A stretch of 64,000 nt of DNA from the NCBI GenBank assembly GCA_902566955.1, contig CACFKX010000001.1, forward strand, positions 1,813 through 65,812, read 5' to 3'. A program made the translations under genes and the position numbers. The notes beneath the pieces are model-generated. The model was not told the origin of the DNA, searched no databases, and saw only the letters and a list, made by a program, of their open reading frames with translations. Below are positions 1 through 11,000 of the stretch, piece after piece. Every line of letters begins with the position of its first letter. The stretch's first letter is position 1. Origin of the DNA: an uncultured SAR86 cluster bacterium (GTDB lineage: Bacteria > Pseudomonadota > Gammaproteobacteria > Magnimaribacterales > AG-339-G14).

Positions 1-95
1 ATGGCTCTTTGCGTTTGTGCTCCGTATAAAGCTTTTCGAGGAACGTAAACTATTCCAATGCTATCTGATTCTTCTCTATAACCTTTTTTTGCCAT
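1..95 (-). CDS. fumC: Class II fumarate hydratase, N-terminal fragment (gene runs off window start)
   Basis: Reverse translation from ATG at 95..93 gives MAKKGYREESDSIGIVYVPRKALYGAQTQRA, matching the conserved fumarase N-terminus (DSxG...VP...GAQTQR). Confidence 0.5.
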   Translation of the reverse strand, partial: MAKKGYREESDSIGIVYVPRKALYGAQTQRA

Positions 96-172
96 GGGAC
101 TTATGTATATTTTATTGATTAGTTTAAACTAGTAAAATTGTAATATGGAAATTAAGTAGGTAGGAGAAATAT

Positions 173-979
173 ATGACAAATAACCTTAATATCGATGTCT
201 CAAAAGGAAAATTGGATCAAAAAGAAAAAGGTTCTTTACTTCCAATAGAATGTAAATCCATTGAGGAAACAAGAAGATATAACCTGGAAAGATTAGCCTC
301 AGGATTTAGAATGTTTGCTCATTTTGGTTTTGATGAAGGAATAGCTGGTCACATTACATATAGAGATCCTGAACACGAAGATCATTTTTGGGTAAATCCT
401 TTTGGAATGCATTTCAATCAAATTTGTGTATCGGATTTAATATTAGTAAACAAAGACGGTGAAGTGGTTTTAGGTGATAAGCCAGTAAATACGGCTGCAT
501 TTGCAATTCATTCATCACTTCATGATGCAAGACCAGATGTAAATGCTGCAGCCCACTCCCATTCTATGTATGGCAAAACTTTTTCAACCTTTGGCAGACT
601 TCTTGAGCCAATAACGCAAGATTCATGTGCTTTTTTTGATAATCATGTTCTCTTTGACGATTACACAGGTGTGGTTTTAGAAGGAGATGAAGGCAAGAGA
701 ATTGCTGCAGCTTTGGGCGACAAAAAGGCTGCTATTCTCAAAAATCATGGTCTTTTAACTACAGGCGGTACGGTTGATGAAGCACTTTGGGCTTTCTTGT
801 CAATGGATAGATGCTGTCAATCTCAAATTTTAGCGGAGTCCGTTGGACAAATGGAAAGAATTCCTGATGATGTAGCTCAATTGACAAAATCGCAGGTTGG
901 TTCAGATATGGCAATGTGGGCGAGTTATCAGCCTCTGTATGACTTAATGCTTGAGAAAGATCCTAGCTTCTTAAATTAG
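173..979 (+). CDS. Class II aldolase/adducin-domain protein
   Basis: 268-aa ORF; N-terminal GHITYRDP and metal-binding histidine region AAAHSHSMYG resemble the fuculose-phosphate aldolase/adducin fold. Confidence 0.6.
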   Translation: MTNNLNIDVSKGKLDQKEKGSLLPIECKSIEETRRYNLERLASGFRMFAHFGFDEGIAGHITYRDPEHEDHFWVNPFGMHFNQICVSDLILVNKDGEVVLGDKPVNTAAFAIHSSLHDARPDVNAAAHSHSMYGKTFSTFGRLLEPITQDSCAFFDNHVLFDDYTGVVLEGDEGKRIAAALGDKKAAILKNHGLLTTGGTVDEALWAFLSMDRCCQSQILAESVGQMERIPDDVAQLTKSQVGSDMAMWASYQPLYDLMLEKDPSFLN

Positions 980-982
980 ATT

Positions 983-2368
983 ATGTTTCTGGTTTACCTG
1001 CTTGGGGTAGTACTGTTTTTTTCCTTTCTTGCAAATTTTGCATTTAGGAAAATCTTCAAATCTTTAAGCTGGGTAGATAAGCCCGACGGAGTAAAGAAAC
1101 TTCACAAGAATGATATACCTCTTTCTGGAGGCATATCTTTCATATCATCATTAATTTTTGCAGTTCTAATCTTTGATTTCTTTGCAGGGGTAAATTTCAA
1201 TTTATCCTGGAATGGCTTTTTTGTTGGAGACTCTATTAAATATGATAGCTCGTTAAATCAAAATCTTGATAAGAAAATTGATCTTATCGGTAATGACTCT
1301 TTTGATATCGAAGTTATTAATGTTAATGAAAATTCCCAAGCAGTAGTAGTCATAAACAAGAAAACTTTTGAAACGGAGTTGATGGAAGTATATAAGAATG
1401 AATCTGGTTCTTTCAAAATAAAAGGTAATGGTTTCGAGGCAAACTCGGATTATGTTCAAGACACATTGTTACCTCCAAAAGTTACTGTGAATATCAATGG
1501 CAATGAGTCAACTTACTATCAAAAAATTAATGTAAATGTTCCACCTTTTTTTATATGGATGTTGATAACAGGAATCTTTCTTGCTTTTATTACTTTAATT
1601 GATGATTTATGGGGATTAAGCGTCCCAACAAGATTCTTATCCCAAGCTGTAGCTTGTTTAATTCTCATTACTCAGTCTGGTTTATATATAGATAATTTAG
1701 GAAATTTATTTGGTTTAGGTTTTATTGAACTCAATCCTGCGTTTGGAGTTTTATTCACAATTTTTTGTGTAATAGGAATTCTGAATGCTTTTAATTGGAT
1801 TGATGGCTTTAATGGAGGTTTGACCAGCCAATTTCTGGTAGGAATTACAGCACCTTTTATACTTTTATCAACGAATAATTCCCTTTTCATTGAACAGATA
1901 TATTTATTTCTAGTTATTTGTTTTCTCCCTTATGCGCTAATGAATTTGAAAGTCATGGGAAAAAGATTCGTAATATTTATGGGAGATCATGGCTCAATGT
2001 TTTGTGGATACATTGTGGCATGGTGCTTAATTTATTTTGCAATGGAAAGGGCTGATTATATGAATCCTATTACTGCTGTTTGGATCGTTGGATTTGTTTT
2101 ATTTAACGCTATATCTACAATAATTATTAGGCTTGTGAATAAAAGATCTCCTCTAACATCTGATAGAAGTCATATTCATCATGCGCTAGATAGACTTGGC
2201 CTAAAGGGTCTAAGAGTTTCATTCGTTGTTTTAATAATTTCATCTATGCTTGCTCTAACCGGTGTAACTCTTGAATTAATTGGCGTATCAGAGTTAGTTT
2301 CTATGCTTCTTTTAGTTTTTGTAAGTTTGATATTTCTAAGATATAGATTTAATTTAGAGAATTCCTAA
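983..2368 (+). CDS. Polyprenyl-phosphate N-acetylhexosamine-1-phosphate transferase (MraY/WecA family) with a large loop insertion
   Basis: Motifs DKPDGVKKLHKNDIPLSGGI, NAFNWIDGFNGG and MGDHGSMFCGY; many TM segments; about 120-aa hydrophilic insert after TM2. Confidence 0.7.
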   Translation: MFLVYLLGVVLFFSFLANFAFRKIFKSLSWVDKPDGVKKLHKNDIPLSGGISFISSLIFAVLIFDFFAGVNFNLSWNGFFVGDSIKYDSSLNQNLDKKIDLIGNDSFDIEVINVNENSQAVVVINKKTFETELMEVYKNESGSFKIKGNGFEANSDYVQDTLLPPKVTVNINGNESTYYQKINVNVPPFFIWMLITGIFLAFITLIDDLWGLSVPTRFLSQAVACLILITQSGLYIDNLGNLFGLGFIELNPAFGVLFTIFCVIGILNAFNWIDGFNGGLTSQFLVGITAPFILLSTNNSLFIEQIYLFLVICFLPYALMNLKVMGKRFVIFMGDHGSMFCGYIVAWCLIYFAMERADYMNPITAVWIVGFVLFNAISTIIIRLVNKRSPLTSDRSHIHHALDRLGLKGLRVSFVVLIISSMLALTGVTLELIGVSELVSMLLLVFVSLIFLRYRFNLENS

Positions 2369-2903
2369 AAATTTTTAAATACACATATCCTCCTAAAGCG
2401 CCAAGAATAGCTCCGTAAGACGCACCAGCAAAAACCTGATAAGGAAAGTGTTTTCCAAGATAAATTCTAGATATAGCTACAGAACAGGAAATTAAAAGAA
2501 AAATTAGAGAATATCTATTAACTTTAAAAATAGTTAATAAGAATAATGAACCTGCAAAAAAATTAGCAGAATGGTTTGAGGGCATTCCTGTAAGAGTTGC
2601 AGAACATTGGTTCAAAAGTTGACCCTTGCTATCTAAAAGATATGAATAATCAGAAAAACATGGCCTAAAGTCTAAAAAGTAACTTTTTAAAAAATTTGCA
2701 CTAAAATCGGTTATTCCAATGGTTAAAATCCAAGCTATAAAAACCCAAAGCAATTTCTCTTGAGATTTATAAAAAAAATAAGGGACAACAAAAAAGGCCA
2801 AAAATAATCCAAACAAATTATTACTAAGAGTTTGCATTAAACTCTCTAAAAGATTGCTTTGACCTCTCAGAGAGTTAAACAATTCCAGTAGATCAAAATC
2901 CAC
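2349..2903 (-). CDS. PAP2-family lipid phosphatase (possible undecaprenyl-diphosphatase)
   Basis: PAP2 tripartite motif: KSYFLDFRP, PSNHS, SRIYLGKHFPYQV; multi-TM; 3' end overlaps the WecA-like gene by 20 nt. Confidence 0.7.
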   Translation of the reverse strand: MDFDLLELFNSLRGQSNLLESLMQTLSNNLFGLFLAFFVVPYFFYKSQEKLLWVFIAWILTIGITDFSANFLKSYFLDFRPCFSDYSYLLDSKGQLLNQCSATLTGMPSNHSANFFAGSLFLLTIFKVNRYSLIFLLISCSVAISRIYLGKHFPYQVFAGASYGAILGALGGYVYLKIFRNSLN

Positions 2904-2908
2904 AAGAT

Positions 2909-3508
2909 TTACTTTAAGATTTCTTCCTCGACTTGTCCTAACCTGTCTTTTCCAAAAAACATTTCATTGCCAACAAAGAAAGTTGGAATTCCAAAGACTC
3001 CTCTTTCTACTGCTTCTGAAGTTTTATCCATCAAAGAGGATTTAATATCAGGATCATTCATCCCATCCATTAGCAGTGAAGAATCAAAACCCCAATGATC
3101 GTATTCAGCCTTGATAACCTCAGGATCATCCATTTTCTTTTCTCTTTCCCACATGGATCTTGTAATTTTTTGTACATAGTCCATAAGGAAACCTTCTTTT
3201 TCGGCTACAACAGCTGCCCTCATAATCTGAAGAGTAATCACTGGAAAATTTGGATTCATTTTAAAATCTGAAAGATTATGCTTATTTATGAATCTCTGCA
3301 TTTCTACACCATCATAATCAAGTTTATTTTTGATTCCTGCAAAAGCTACCATGGGTGGTTGATTATTAGTCAATTTAAAAATGCCTCCTAGTAGAGCCAA
3401 TTTAATGTTGAATTTAAAACCTAATTTCTCCTCAAGCTCCTTACCAGCCATCAACGAAAGATAAGCATTTGGGCTTGCAAAATCAAAATAAAAATCTACT
3501 TCCTTCAT
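2909..3508 (-). CDS. DsbA-like 2-hydroxychromene-2-carboxylate isomerase family protein
   Basis: N-terminus VDFYFDFASPNAYL and C-terminal GIPTFFVGNEMFFGKDRL are typical of the HCCA isomerase/DsbA family. Confidence 0.65.
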   Translation of the reverse strand: MKEVDFYFDFASPNAYLSLMAGKELEEKLGFKFNIKLALLGGIFKLTNNQPPMVAFAGIKNKLDYDGVEMQRFINKHNLSDFKMNPNFPVITLQIMRAAVVAEKEGFLMDYVQKITRSMWEREKKMDDPEVIKAEYDHWGFDSSLLMDGMNDPDIKSSLMDKTSEAVERGVFGIPTFFVGNEMFFGKDRLGQVEEEILK

Positions 3509-3542
3509 AAAAACTCCTTTTCACTTATTATTCTTTCAATTC

Positions 3543-3570
3543 TTGCAGCTTGCAAGGGCAATGATAGAAT
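3543..3570 (+). promoter_or_regulatory. Putative sigma70 promoter for the acyl-CoA dehydrogenase gene
   Basis: TTGCAG (3543-3548), 16-nt spacer, TGaTAGAAT extended -10 (hexamer 3565-3570); GAGGAG Shine-Dalgarno at 3577-3582 before ATG 3590. AT-rich background makes chance matches likely. Confidence 0.35.
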
Positions 3571-3589
3571 CTTTGTGAGGAGATAAATT

Positions 3590-4807
3590 ATGGATATAAA
3601 ACCAATACCTACACTTTCAGAAGAAGTAAATGACATAAGAACTAGAACAGCAAATATTGTTGCTGAACATATTATTCCCAATGAAAAAGATATTTATTCT
3701 GGTGGAGATAAATCTAAATCTCTCCGAGAGGATATTAGACAAGAAGTTAAAAAAGAAAAGCTATGGGCGCCTCATCTACCAGAGGAATATGGAGGAATGG
3801 GAATTGGCTTCATAGCTCATGCTTATATGAATGAAATTTTAGCCTGGTCTCCATTATCCAACAGACTTTTTGGAGTGATAGCTCCTAATTCGGGTAACCA
3901 AAAAGTGCTCCTTAAATACGGCTCAGAGGAACAAAAGAAAAAATGGCTACTTCCATTAATAGAAGGAGAAATGGAGTCATGTTTTTCCATGACCGAGCCA
4001 GATAATGCTGGTTCTGATCCTAGGTCAATAAAAACAACTGCAAAAAAAGATGGTGATCACTGGGTCATAAACGGTCATAAAGTTATGACGTCTAACGGAA
4101 TCAGAGCTGATTTCGCGATTGTTATGTGTAGAACAGAAGAAGAAGATGGATCTGGAGGCGTGAATTCGAGAATGTCTCAAATTATTGTCCCTACAGACTC
4201 AGAGGGATTCAATATTGTACGATCAGTTCCTATATGGGGGCATACTGGTGGAGATCACGTAGAAATTAAATATGAGAATGTCAGAGTTCCATTAGAGAAT
4301 ACTCTTGGTGCAAGGGGTTCAGGTCATCAAGCTGCTCAAGATAGATTAGGCGCAGGAAGGGTTTTTCATTGCATGAATTCTATAGGACAAATGTGGCGAG
4401 CTTTTGATCTTATGCTTAAGAGAACTATTGAGAGAGAAGTTCATGGTGGAAAATTAGAAACCAAACAACTTATCCAAGGTTTTATTGCCGACTCATATAT
4501 AGATATTCAAACTGCTAGGCTAATGACTATTCATTGTGCGGAAGTTATGGAGGCTGAAGGTAACCCTAGAGTCGATATCTCTGCGCTAAAAGTATACGTC
4601 CCAAATGCAATGCATAAGGTCGTAGACAGAGCAATTCAAGTATACGGGTGGAAAGGCGTTTCATCTGATCTGCCTCTTGCAGGTATGTATCAGGGAGCAA
4701 GGACATTGAGACTAGCTGATGGACCAGATGAAGTTCACAGAGTTTTAATTGCAAAGGAGATTTTAAAAAAATATCACGAAGGTCTTTCTTGGGACTTTGG
4801 TTTTTAA
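3590..4807 (+). CDS. Acyl-CoA dehydrogenase
   Basis: 405 aa; CFSMTEPDNAGSDP motif, middle beta-domain and C-terminal helical domain (ADGPDEVH) typical of ACADs. Confidence 0.8.
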   Translation: MDIKPIPTLSEEVNDIRTRTANIVAEHIIPNEKDIYSGGDKSKSLREDIRQEVKKEKLWAPHLPEEYGGMGIGFIAHAYMNEILAWSPLSNRLFGVIAPNSGNQKVLLKYGSEEQKKKWLLPLIEGEMESCFSMTEPDNAGSDPRSIKTTAKKDGDHWVINGHKVMTSNGIRADFAIVMCRTEEEDGSGGVNSRMSQIIVPTDSEGFNIVRSVPIWGHTGGDHVEIKYENVRVPLENTLGARGSGHQAAQDRLGAGRVFHCMNSIGQMWRAFDLMLKRTIEREVHGGKLETKQLIQGFIADSYIDIQTARLMTIHCAEVMEAEGNPRVDISALKVYVPNAMHKVVDRAIQVYGWKGVSSDLPLAGMYQGARTLRLADGPDEVHRVLIAKEILKKYHEGLSWDFGF

Positions 4808-4808
4808 A

Positions 4809-5261
4809 TTATTTTCTTACAGTATCCTTCATCTGCTTCAGGTATTTTTTATTGATATCTGCCATTTTTGCTGTGCAAGTGGCTGAAGCAATCAATTTGT
4901 CGTCTTGAAATAACTCTGAGGAGAGGAATCCAATTGATTTTCCGATCTTAGTAACTTTTGCTCTAGCTAAATATTTACCAGGAGCTCCAGATGATAAATA
5001 ATTGATATTCATATCAATTGTCATAGGAGATTTTTCATAATCCGTCAGCTCAAATGCTAGAAAAGCCATTGAACAATCAAGCATAGTGGCAACAAAACCA
5101 CCCTGAAGAATTCTTCCCCCAGTGTGGCAAAAGTCTGATGAAGCTTCAAAACTCATTAATAGCGTTTCTTCAGTCTTATCTATTTCCTCAACCTTAGCAT
5201 TAAATATGTCGAGATAGACAGGTCTATGATCTAAGTTATTTGATTGATTTGAATGCATCAA
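4809..5261 (-). CDS. PaaI/hotdog-fold thioesterase
   Basis: 150 aa; HTGGRILQGGFVATMLDCSM matches the PaaI/4HBT thioesterase active-site region. Confidence 0.6.
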   Translation of the reverse strand: MMHSNQSNNLDHRPVYLDIFNAKVEEIDKTEETLLMSFEASSDFCHTGGRILQGGFVATMLDCSMAFLAFELTDYEKSPMTIDMNINYLSSGAPGKYLARAKVTKIGKSIGFLSSELFQDDKLIASATCTAKMADINKKYLKQMKDTVRK

Positions 5262-6636
5262 TTGCTCTAAGTCTCGAAGATTTCAAGTCTACAATCATTT
5301 CTGGATAGTTTAAAGATGATCTAGTTTCTTTAGAAGGATTGTGTATCTCATTAGATGGACAGTCAATTAATTCAGGTACAAATTTTCTAATGAATTTACC
5401 TTCAGGATCAAATTTTTCGGACTGTGTAATTGGATTAAAAATTCTAAAATATGGTGCTGCATCAACTCCTGTAGATGCACTCCATTGCCAGCCACCGTTA
5501 TTGGAACAAAAATCACCATCTATTAAGTTTTTCATGAAGTATCTTTCGCCTTTTCTCCAGTCGACTAATAAGTTTTTACTAAGAAACATAGCCGTTATCA
5601 TCCTTAAACGGTTGTGCATCCATTTAGTTTCATTCAACTGTCTCATGGCTGCATCAATAATTGGCACTCCAGTTTTCCCTTCACACCATTTTACGAAAGA
5701 TGCTTCATCTTTTCTCCATGAAATACGATCATATTTTTGATTGAAGCTTTTTCCTTTTGATACATGAGTGAAGTGATAGGTAATGTACTTATAGAATTCT
5801 CTCCATATTATTTCGGTTATCCATGCATATTGACCTGTCCCAGTTTCATCCGGAAGCCTTTCGAGTACATGGTTTATAGCTTGTTTTGAGGAAATCAAAC
5901 CTATTGCAAATGAGGAAGATAGATTACTTGTTGCAGATAAACTTGGAATATCCCTCAATTCTTTGTAATTTTGAATTGAAGAATCTATGAAATTATCCAG
6001 CTTTTGAATTGCAAAACTATCCGTCAAGGGGAAATCATCGAAAGAAAAGTTTAGTTCCTGATCGTACGCATCTTGGAATTGGGGAATCTTATCTTGATCA
6101 AGTACTCTATTTTTTTGCTTTAGAGGCTTAGGAGTCTCGCTAAGAATGTCTGGAGTCATCAGGGATCTTATTTTTTTTGAATAAGGAGTAAATACTTTAA
6201 AAGGTAGTCCTGAATTATTTTTAACTACATCAGGATCTATTAATTGAGAATTAAATTCTCTATAACCTATTTGGTGTTGATGACAGATTTTCTCTAGACT
6301 TAAATTTCTTTGTTTTTCATTGAAAGGATATTCAGAATTTAAAAAAATTTTTTTGATCCCATGAGAGTTACAGAATTCTAAAATGTCTTCAGGTTCATCT
6401 GAAATTTTTTTGGAATATAAAATTTTCAATGAAATGTTTAAATTACTCAAGGATTCAGTGATTTTTTCTAGCCCCAAAAGTTTTAGTTTTAACTTAGCTA
6501 AGCTATCCCCATGATTTTTATTTTTCGTTTTATTAATAATAAATAAAGCAACTAAACCATTTTGATCAAGTGAAGCTTCATAAAGAGCTTTATTGTCTTT
6601 AATTCTGAGATCGTCTGAAAAAATGAAAAGATTCAT
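5236..6636 (-). CDS. phrB: Deoxyribodipyrimidine photolyase (class I CPD)
   Basis: 466 aa; WREFY, WMHNRLRMITAMFL, GDFCSNNGGWQWSASTGVDAAPYFRIFNP are FAD-binding domain hallmarks. Confidence 0.85.
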   Translation of the reverse strand: MNLFIFSDDLRIKDNKALYEASLDQNGLVALFIINKTKNKNHGDSLAKLKLKLLGLEKITESLSNLNISLKILYSKKISDEPEDILEFCNSHGIKKIFLNSEYPFNEKQRNLSLEKICHQHQIGYREFNSQLIDPDVVKNNSGLPFKVFTPYSKKIRSLMTPDILSETPKPLKQKNRVLDQDKIPQFQDAYDQELNFSFDDFPLTDSFAIQKLDNFIDSSIQNYKELRDIPSLSATSNLSSSFAIGLISSKQAINHVLERLPDETGTGQYAWITEIIWREFYKYITYHFTHVSKGKSFNQKYDRISWRKDEASFVKWCEGKTGVPIIDAAMRQLNETKWMHNRLRMITAMFLSKNLLVDWRKGERYFMKNLIDGDFCSNNGGWQWSASTGVDAAPYFRIFNPITQSEKFDPEGKFIRKFVPELIDCPSNEIHNPSKETRSSLNYPEMIVDLKSSRLRAIDAFKSIK

Positions 6637-6710
6637 AAAAATGGTGGTAGATCAGCGAGAATATTTCGCCCAACCTATTAAAATTAATACCCACTAACCT
6701 ACCATAATTT

Positions 6711-6731
6711 GGCGGGTCTATTAAACCCGCC
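6711..6731 (-). terminator. GC-rich hairpin, possible terminator of the upstream minus-strand gene
   Basis: GGCGGGT (6711-6717) pairs with ACCCGCC (6725-6731) around a 7-nt loop; the only GC-rich stem in the 194-bp spacer, but no clear U-tract follows. Confidence 0.3.
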
Positions 6732-6830
6732 ATGTTCAGGTAATAGGAGAGATTATGGGGGAGAAAGATTGCCTGAACAAATGCATTCTATATAAAAAAA
6801 AGGAAGGATGAAGTTATAAAGAGCTAATCT

Positions 6831-8003
6831 CTAGTTATAAAAGACTTCTTCAAATTTTATTCCAGAATTAATTAATCTGTCTAAAAGTGGATTGCCAAGC
6901 CCATAGGCAGATGTCAAAACTCCACCAAGATCATGTTCCTCAGAGACTGCCAAAGTTATAGCGGACTCACAAACCATTTGTGCTGTTGCCTTGTAACCTG
7001 GATCTCCTTCTCCGTAAATTTGAAAATATTTAATTTCTCCGTCCTCAGCTTCGACCTTAAATAATCCTTTGAACCAACCATTTTCTCTAGTTTCCTTATT
7101 TGGACCTTCACCGGGCTTGGGTAAAAATTTTCTAACAATATGTCTTAAAGGCGTAGAGATAACTAAAAAAGCAAAAATTAATCCGAAGCTCGCCATTCTT
7201 GCCGATCTTTTTGATGAATAACTTCCAAGCTCTTTAAAAATGAAATCGGTGCCATAGCTTTTTTGATCAGCATCATATAAAGCTGAACTTCGCCTTACTA
7301 CTCTTGTGTTTGCAAAAGACATCAATCCAATACCAGAATATGAATCTGTATTTTCTATTCGCTTAATTTCAAAACCATCTTTACTAAGTTTCCTTTGTTT
7401 TTCAGATACGCTATTTTCTGGATTTAACGAAAAAGGATCTCTTTTTTCTTTTGGAAGAGGCCCAATAGTAAACATTGTTTCAGTTGTGCCGCCGCTTATA
7501 CCTCCTTGACCCGAATGATAAACAGTTACCTTTTTGACGGGTTTTCCCATTTGTCGGACAGAGTAAAAAACACCCATATCTGAAGGTATAGAGTCATATC
7601 CACATGAAGGTATTATTCTTGTTCCCTCTTCTGAAGCTTTTTGATGATATTGGTTAATTAAATCTTTTACCCAATGATTCTCGCCGGTAATATCAGTGTA
7701 ATGAGTCTTATTTTCGACGCAAGATTTGACTATTAAATTACTATACCTGGCGAAAGGACCGGCAGTAGACAAGACTACTTTAGTTTTAGATACAAAATTA
7801 TCAATTGATTCTTTATCATCGCCAGAAGCAATAAAAATATCACAGTCTAAATTAAGCGAGTTTTTTAAACTCTCTAATTTTTTTTTATTTCTGCCTGCAA
7901 TGGCCCAATTTATGTTGCTGTAGTTTTTTTGAAGATATTCTGCACAGAGCTTGCCGGTAAAACCGGAAGCTCCGTAAAGAATAATTTGATACTTTCTTTC
8001 CAT
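6831..8003 (-). CDS. Saccharopine dehydrogenase-like oxidoreductase
   Basis: 390 aa; N-terminal Rossmann [12 protein letters not shown], then AGPF and [12 protein letters not shown], typical of the SCCPDH/trans-acting enoyl reductase family. Confidence 0.65.
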   Translation of the reverse strand: MERKYQIILYGASGFTGKLCAEYLQKNYSNINWAIAGRNKKKLESLKNSLNLDCDIFIASGDDKESIDNFVSKTKVVLSTAGPFARYSNLIVKSCVENKTHYTDITGENHWVKDLINQYHQKASEEGTRIIPSCGYDSIPSDMGVFYSVRQMGKPVKKVTVYHSGQGGISGGTTETMFTIGPLPKEKRDPFSLNPENSVSEKQRKLSKDGFEIKRIENTDSYSGIGLMSFANTRVVRRSSALYDADQKSYGTDFIFKELGSYSSKRSARMASFGLIFAFLVISTPLRHIVRKFLPKPGEGPNKETRENGWFKGLFKVEAEDGEIKYFQIYGEGDPGYKATAQMVCESAITLAVSEEHDLGGVLTSAYGLGNPLLDRLINSGIKFEEVFYN

Positions 8004-8009
8004 CTCAGA

Positions 8010-8086
<77 letters not shown>

Positions 8087-8091
8087 AGTTG

Positions 8092-11000
8092 TTAACCTCC
8101 AGGCGTTGTTCCATCTACTGTGAGTACAATGCAAGCTTCCACTATTTCTCCGTGATCAACACATGTTTCACCGCTGTTAAGCATGGAAGAATCGTCAGGT
8201 GCTGGACCTATGAAAGCAGAATCGTACACATTAGCCTGTTGATTTTCTAATCCAGCAGGATTTGTTGTGTAGAGATTGTTAAATGAAGCTGCGTTAAGAG
8301 GTTTGAGATAGTATTCTCCTCTAAGAACCTTGGATTTTAGTTTTGTTTCACCATCTTCACCAATTAATTCTGTGCCATCAGGTATAACATATGCTGGAAA
8401 GCCTCTTACGCTTTCTCTTTCTTCTTCAGTTGCTGTTCCCCAGTCGAAATATTCCCCCAAGTCAGTCCATGTTTTGACATTAAAGTTGGTCCATTCAAAT
8501 CCCCAAAGTCTTCCAAAACCACCGTATTCAAGAGTCTTCTTTCTACCGGCGTCGCTACCAAATTTTTCTGTATCTGGAAGAACAACGCTTACTGCTTCTG
8601 GTCTTGATATTTCTACGAGAGAAGCATCATCTCCAGATCCATCAAAGACTTGATAATTTGTCCAAGGATCGAAATGGATTTCATAGAATTCATTCATCTT
8701 CCAGAGCTTGGAATTACAATATCTAAAATAAACGTTTCTATTGTTTTGTACGGTTGAGTCTGAATGATATTCGTACTCATCCGGAGTACCATCATAATCA
8801 GTATCAACTGTTTTTTCGCACTCAACTTCGGCTTTATTATCCATATCGAATAAAGTCATGTGATTTTTCATGCCCCAACAGTCTGTGTCTACTCCATTGG
8901 GTTCTCTGATACAGATTTTTTGCTCGAATTTATCCCATGGATCGTTTAGCTCATACATTTGCGCAGGTAAGGCAAGAGGTGTCTTAGCTGAGCCAGTATT
9001 TGACACTGCTAATGAATCTCCGACAACTTCATACGTAACCACCTCAGTAGACATTACGCCTTCTTGAGTCCAGTTTCCCTTTTCAGATCCAGCTCTTACG
9101 TATGGACCTGTAATAAGATCGCCAGTACCGGCAATAATTGCGGGACTGGTATAAGGACTTGACACTATTCCAGATCCAGGATTATCTGCGGTTCCTTCAT
9201 TAATCTTGGCTAGGGCCTCAGTAAAGTAAGCCGTCATGCCTTCGCCCGAAAGACATCTTTCGATGCATCCTAAAGTCTTTCCTGTTAATCCTGAAACAGA
9301 TATATCTTTTTCAGTTCTTCTGCTTACTAATTCTGCAGTTGGATCTTGAAGTGAATCAGCTTTAATTTCGTAACCTTGACCTCTTCCATGGGCCCAAAGG
9401 TTTCTCCAAACTTGATAACCGTTAGAGCTTTTCCTATCATCATCCCAAACCTCTACGTATTCATCAGGAGTAAATGTGAAAGGAGTAATGTCTACTTCTT
9501 TGACCCATCTGTTGTTAACTTCTACGACTGCTTTATCAAAAACAAAACTTGGAATTGCTCCAGAACCTTCTGTGGCATAGGCTGCATCCCAATATCCTAA
9601 GAAAATATTATAAGGATTCCCATTTTCATCGGTAAGATCAGCTGGCAATCCTAGGTCTCTCCATCTGTCTAGGTTGCATCTATCATCTTCACCGTTACCA
9701 TTGTTGTCCATGTCATCATCTTGAAGAGTAGTTCCTCCGTTGTAAGATTTGTAATCATTCCACCAACAATTAACTCCCGTTTCTGATCTATCCCATTCAA
9801 TATGAAGGTTAAGTTCCACTCCTGAAAGGCTATTTAGCGATACTTTATCCACAGTCATCTTCCTGATACTTATTTTCCTTTGTTTTAAGTAATAAGAATT
9901 CGTATCGTCTGAATTAACCTTTTTGAACACAGTTGTATCAGTAAGGTTCTCCCTTTTTTTCTCATCAACGTGAGTTCCCCAATAATCTGCCCAAGCATAA
10001 ATTGGTTCAGTTCGATCTTCATCGTAGGGACTTTGAAACTCTTCTTCAGATTTCAACTCAAAACCTGGATTCTTCATATCGTATCTGAGGTCATCAGCAG
10101 CTGTGTAAAGTCCGTATTCCCAAACTGCAAGTTTTGCATCATCTGCACTTGTAGATTCGCATATCTCAGTCAGACCTTGAGCTGGACCGCCTTCAGCTAA
10201 CCAAGGATAATTCCCAAGATCCCAATCAATGTTTTTCCATTCTTCTGTAATATCTGTAAATGTATCTTCTGCACCATCTTGACCTACTCTTCTGGTAGCC
10301 TTAACTAATTTTTTGCAAGAGGCTTTGGTTGTTTCATCAAACGAAAAGCCGTAAGTTGCATCAACGGCGTAAGTCAAAGGATTTCGTGGATCCATGTCAC
10401 CGCAACCAGCGGAATCTCTATCTTGATAATCGATAAATTTATTATCGATAATACATTCCCACCAATTTACTTGCCAAAGTCCATCTCTACCATTTTCATT
10501 GTCTGTTAGTAATATACTTCTTCCATTAGGACCAACGAAAAGGACTTTACTGTCCATCGTGTCTAATTTACCTGAGCCCAATTGAGAACCAACAGGCGGA
10601 CATTTCCAAAATTTTTCCATGTGTCTGTACCAAGCATCTTGACCTTCCGATAAACCAAGTTCAGCAGCAGCAGCCCGCGCTTCTTCATCACTCTGGTAAG
10701 GAGCGTTTTGACAATTTGATTCAGCTACAAAATCTAGCTCTATGTCTCCGTTAGGATCATCTTCAGTTGCGCCTGACCATACTTTTGTTAACGCGTAGAT
10801 AATTTGATCGGGCTGGGCATCCCACATCCCTTCGTAACTTTCTTGAGCTTCGGAATAATCATTTTTTTGATAAAACCAAGATTTAACCTCTAAATAATCT
10901 TGTTGCTTAACCTCACTGAAAGCTGATTTGACATCGACTATCATCTCACTGGCAAGTTCAACTTCGTTGTTGTTATTATTATTGTTATTTCCTCCTTGCG

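Noticed and set aside
3549-3556. Perfect palindrome CTTGCAAG between the divergent isomerase and acyl-CoA dehydrogenase genes, as a possible operator.
   Set aside because: An 8-bp palindrome is expected by chance, and no regulator gene is adjacent that would support it.
5339-5740. 133-aa plus-strand ORF inside the photolyase gene; similar antisense ORFs at 7306-7509, 8330-8653, 46960-47295, 53863-54174, 55198-55476, 55651-55953 and 56472-56729.
   Set aside because: All lie fully within well-supported genes on the opposite strand. They have low-complexity or hydrophobic compositions typical of shadow ORFs in AT-rich DNA, with no motifs or Shine-Dalgarno support.
6755-6811. 18-codon ORF (MGEKDCLNKCILYKKKEG) with a GGAG upstream.
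   Set aside because: It is too short to call and shows no recognisable peptide family. It is kept only as part of the spacer observation, not as a feature.
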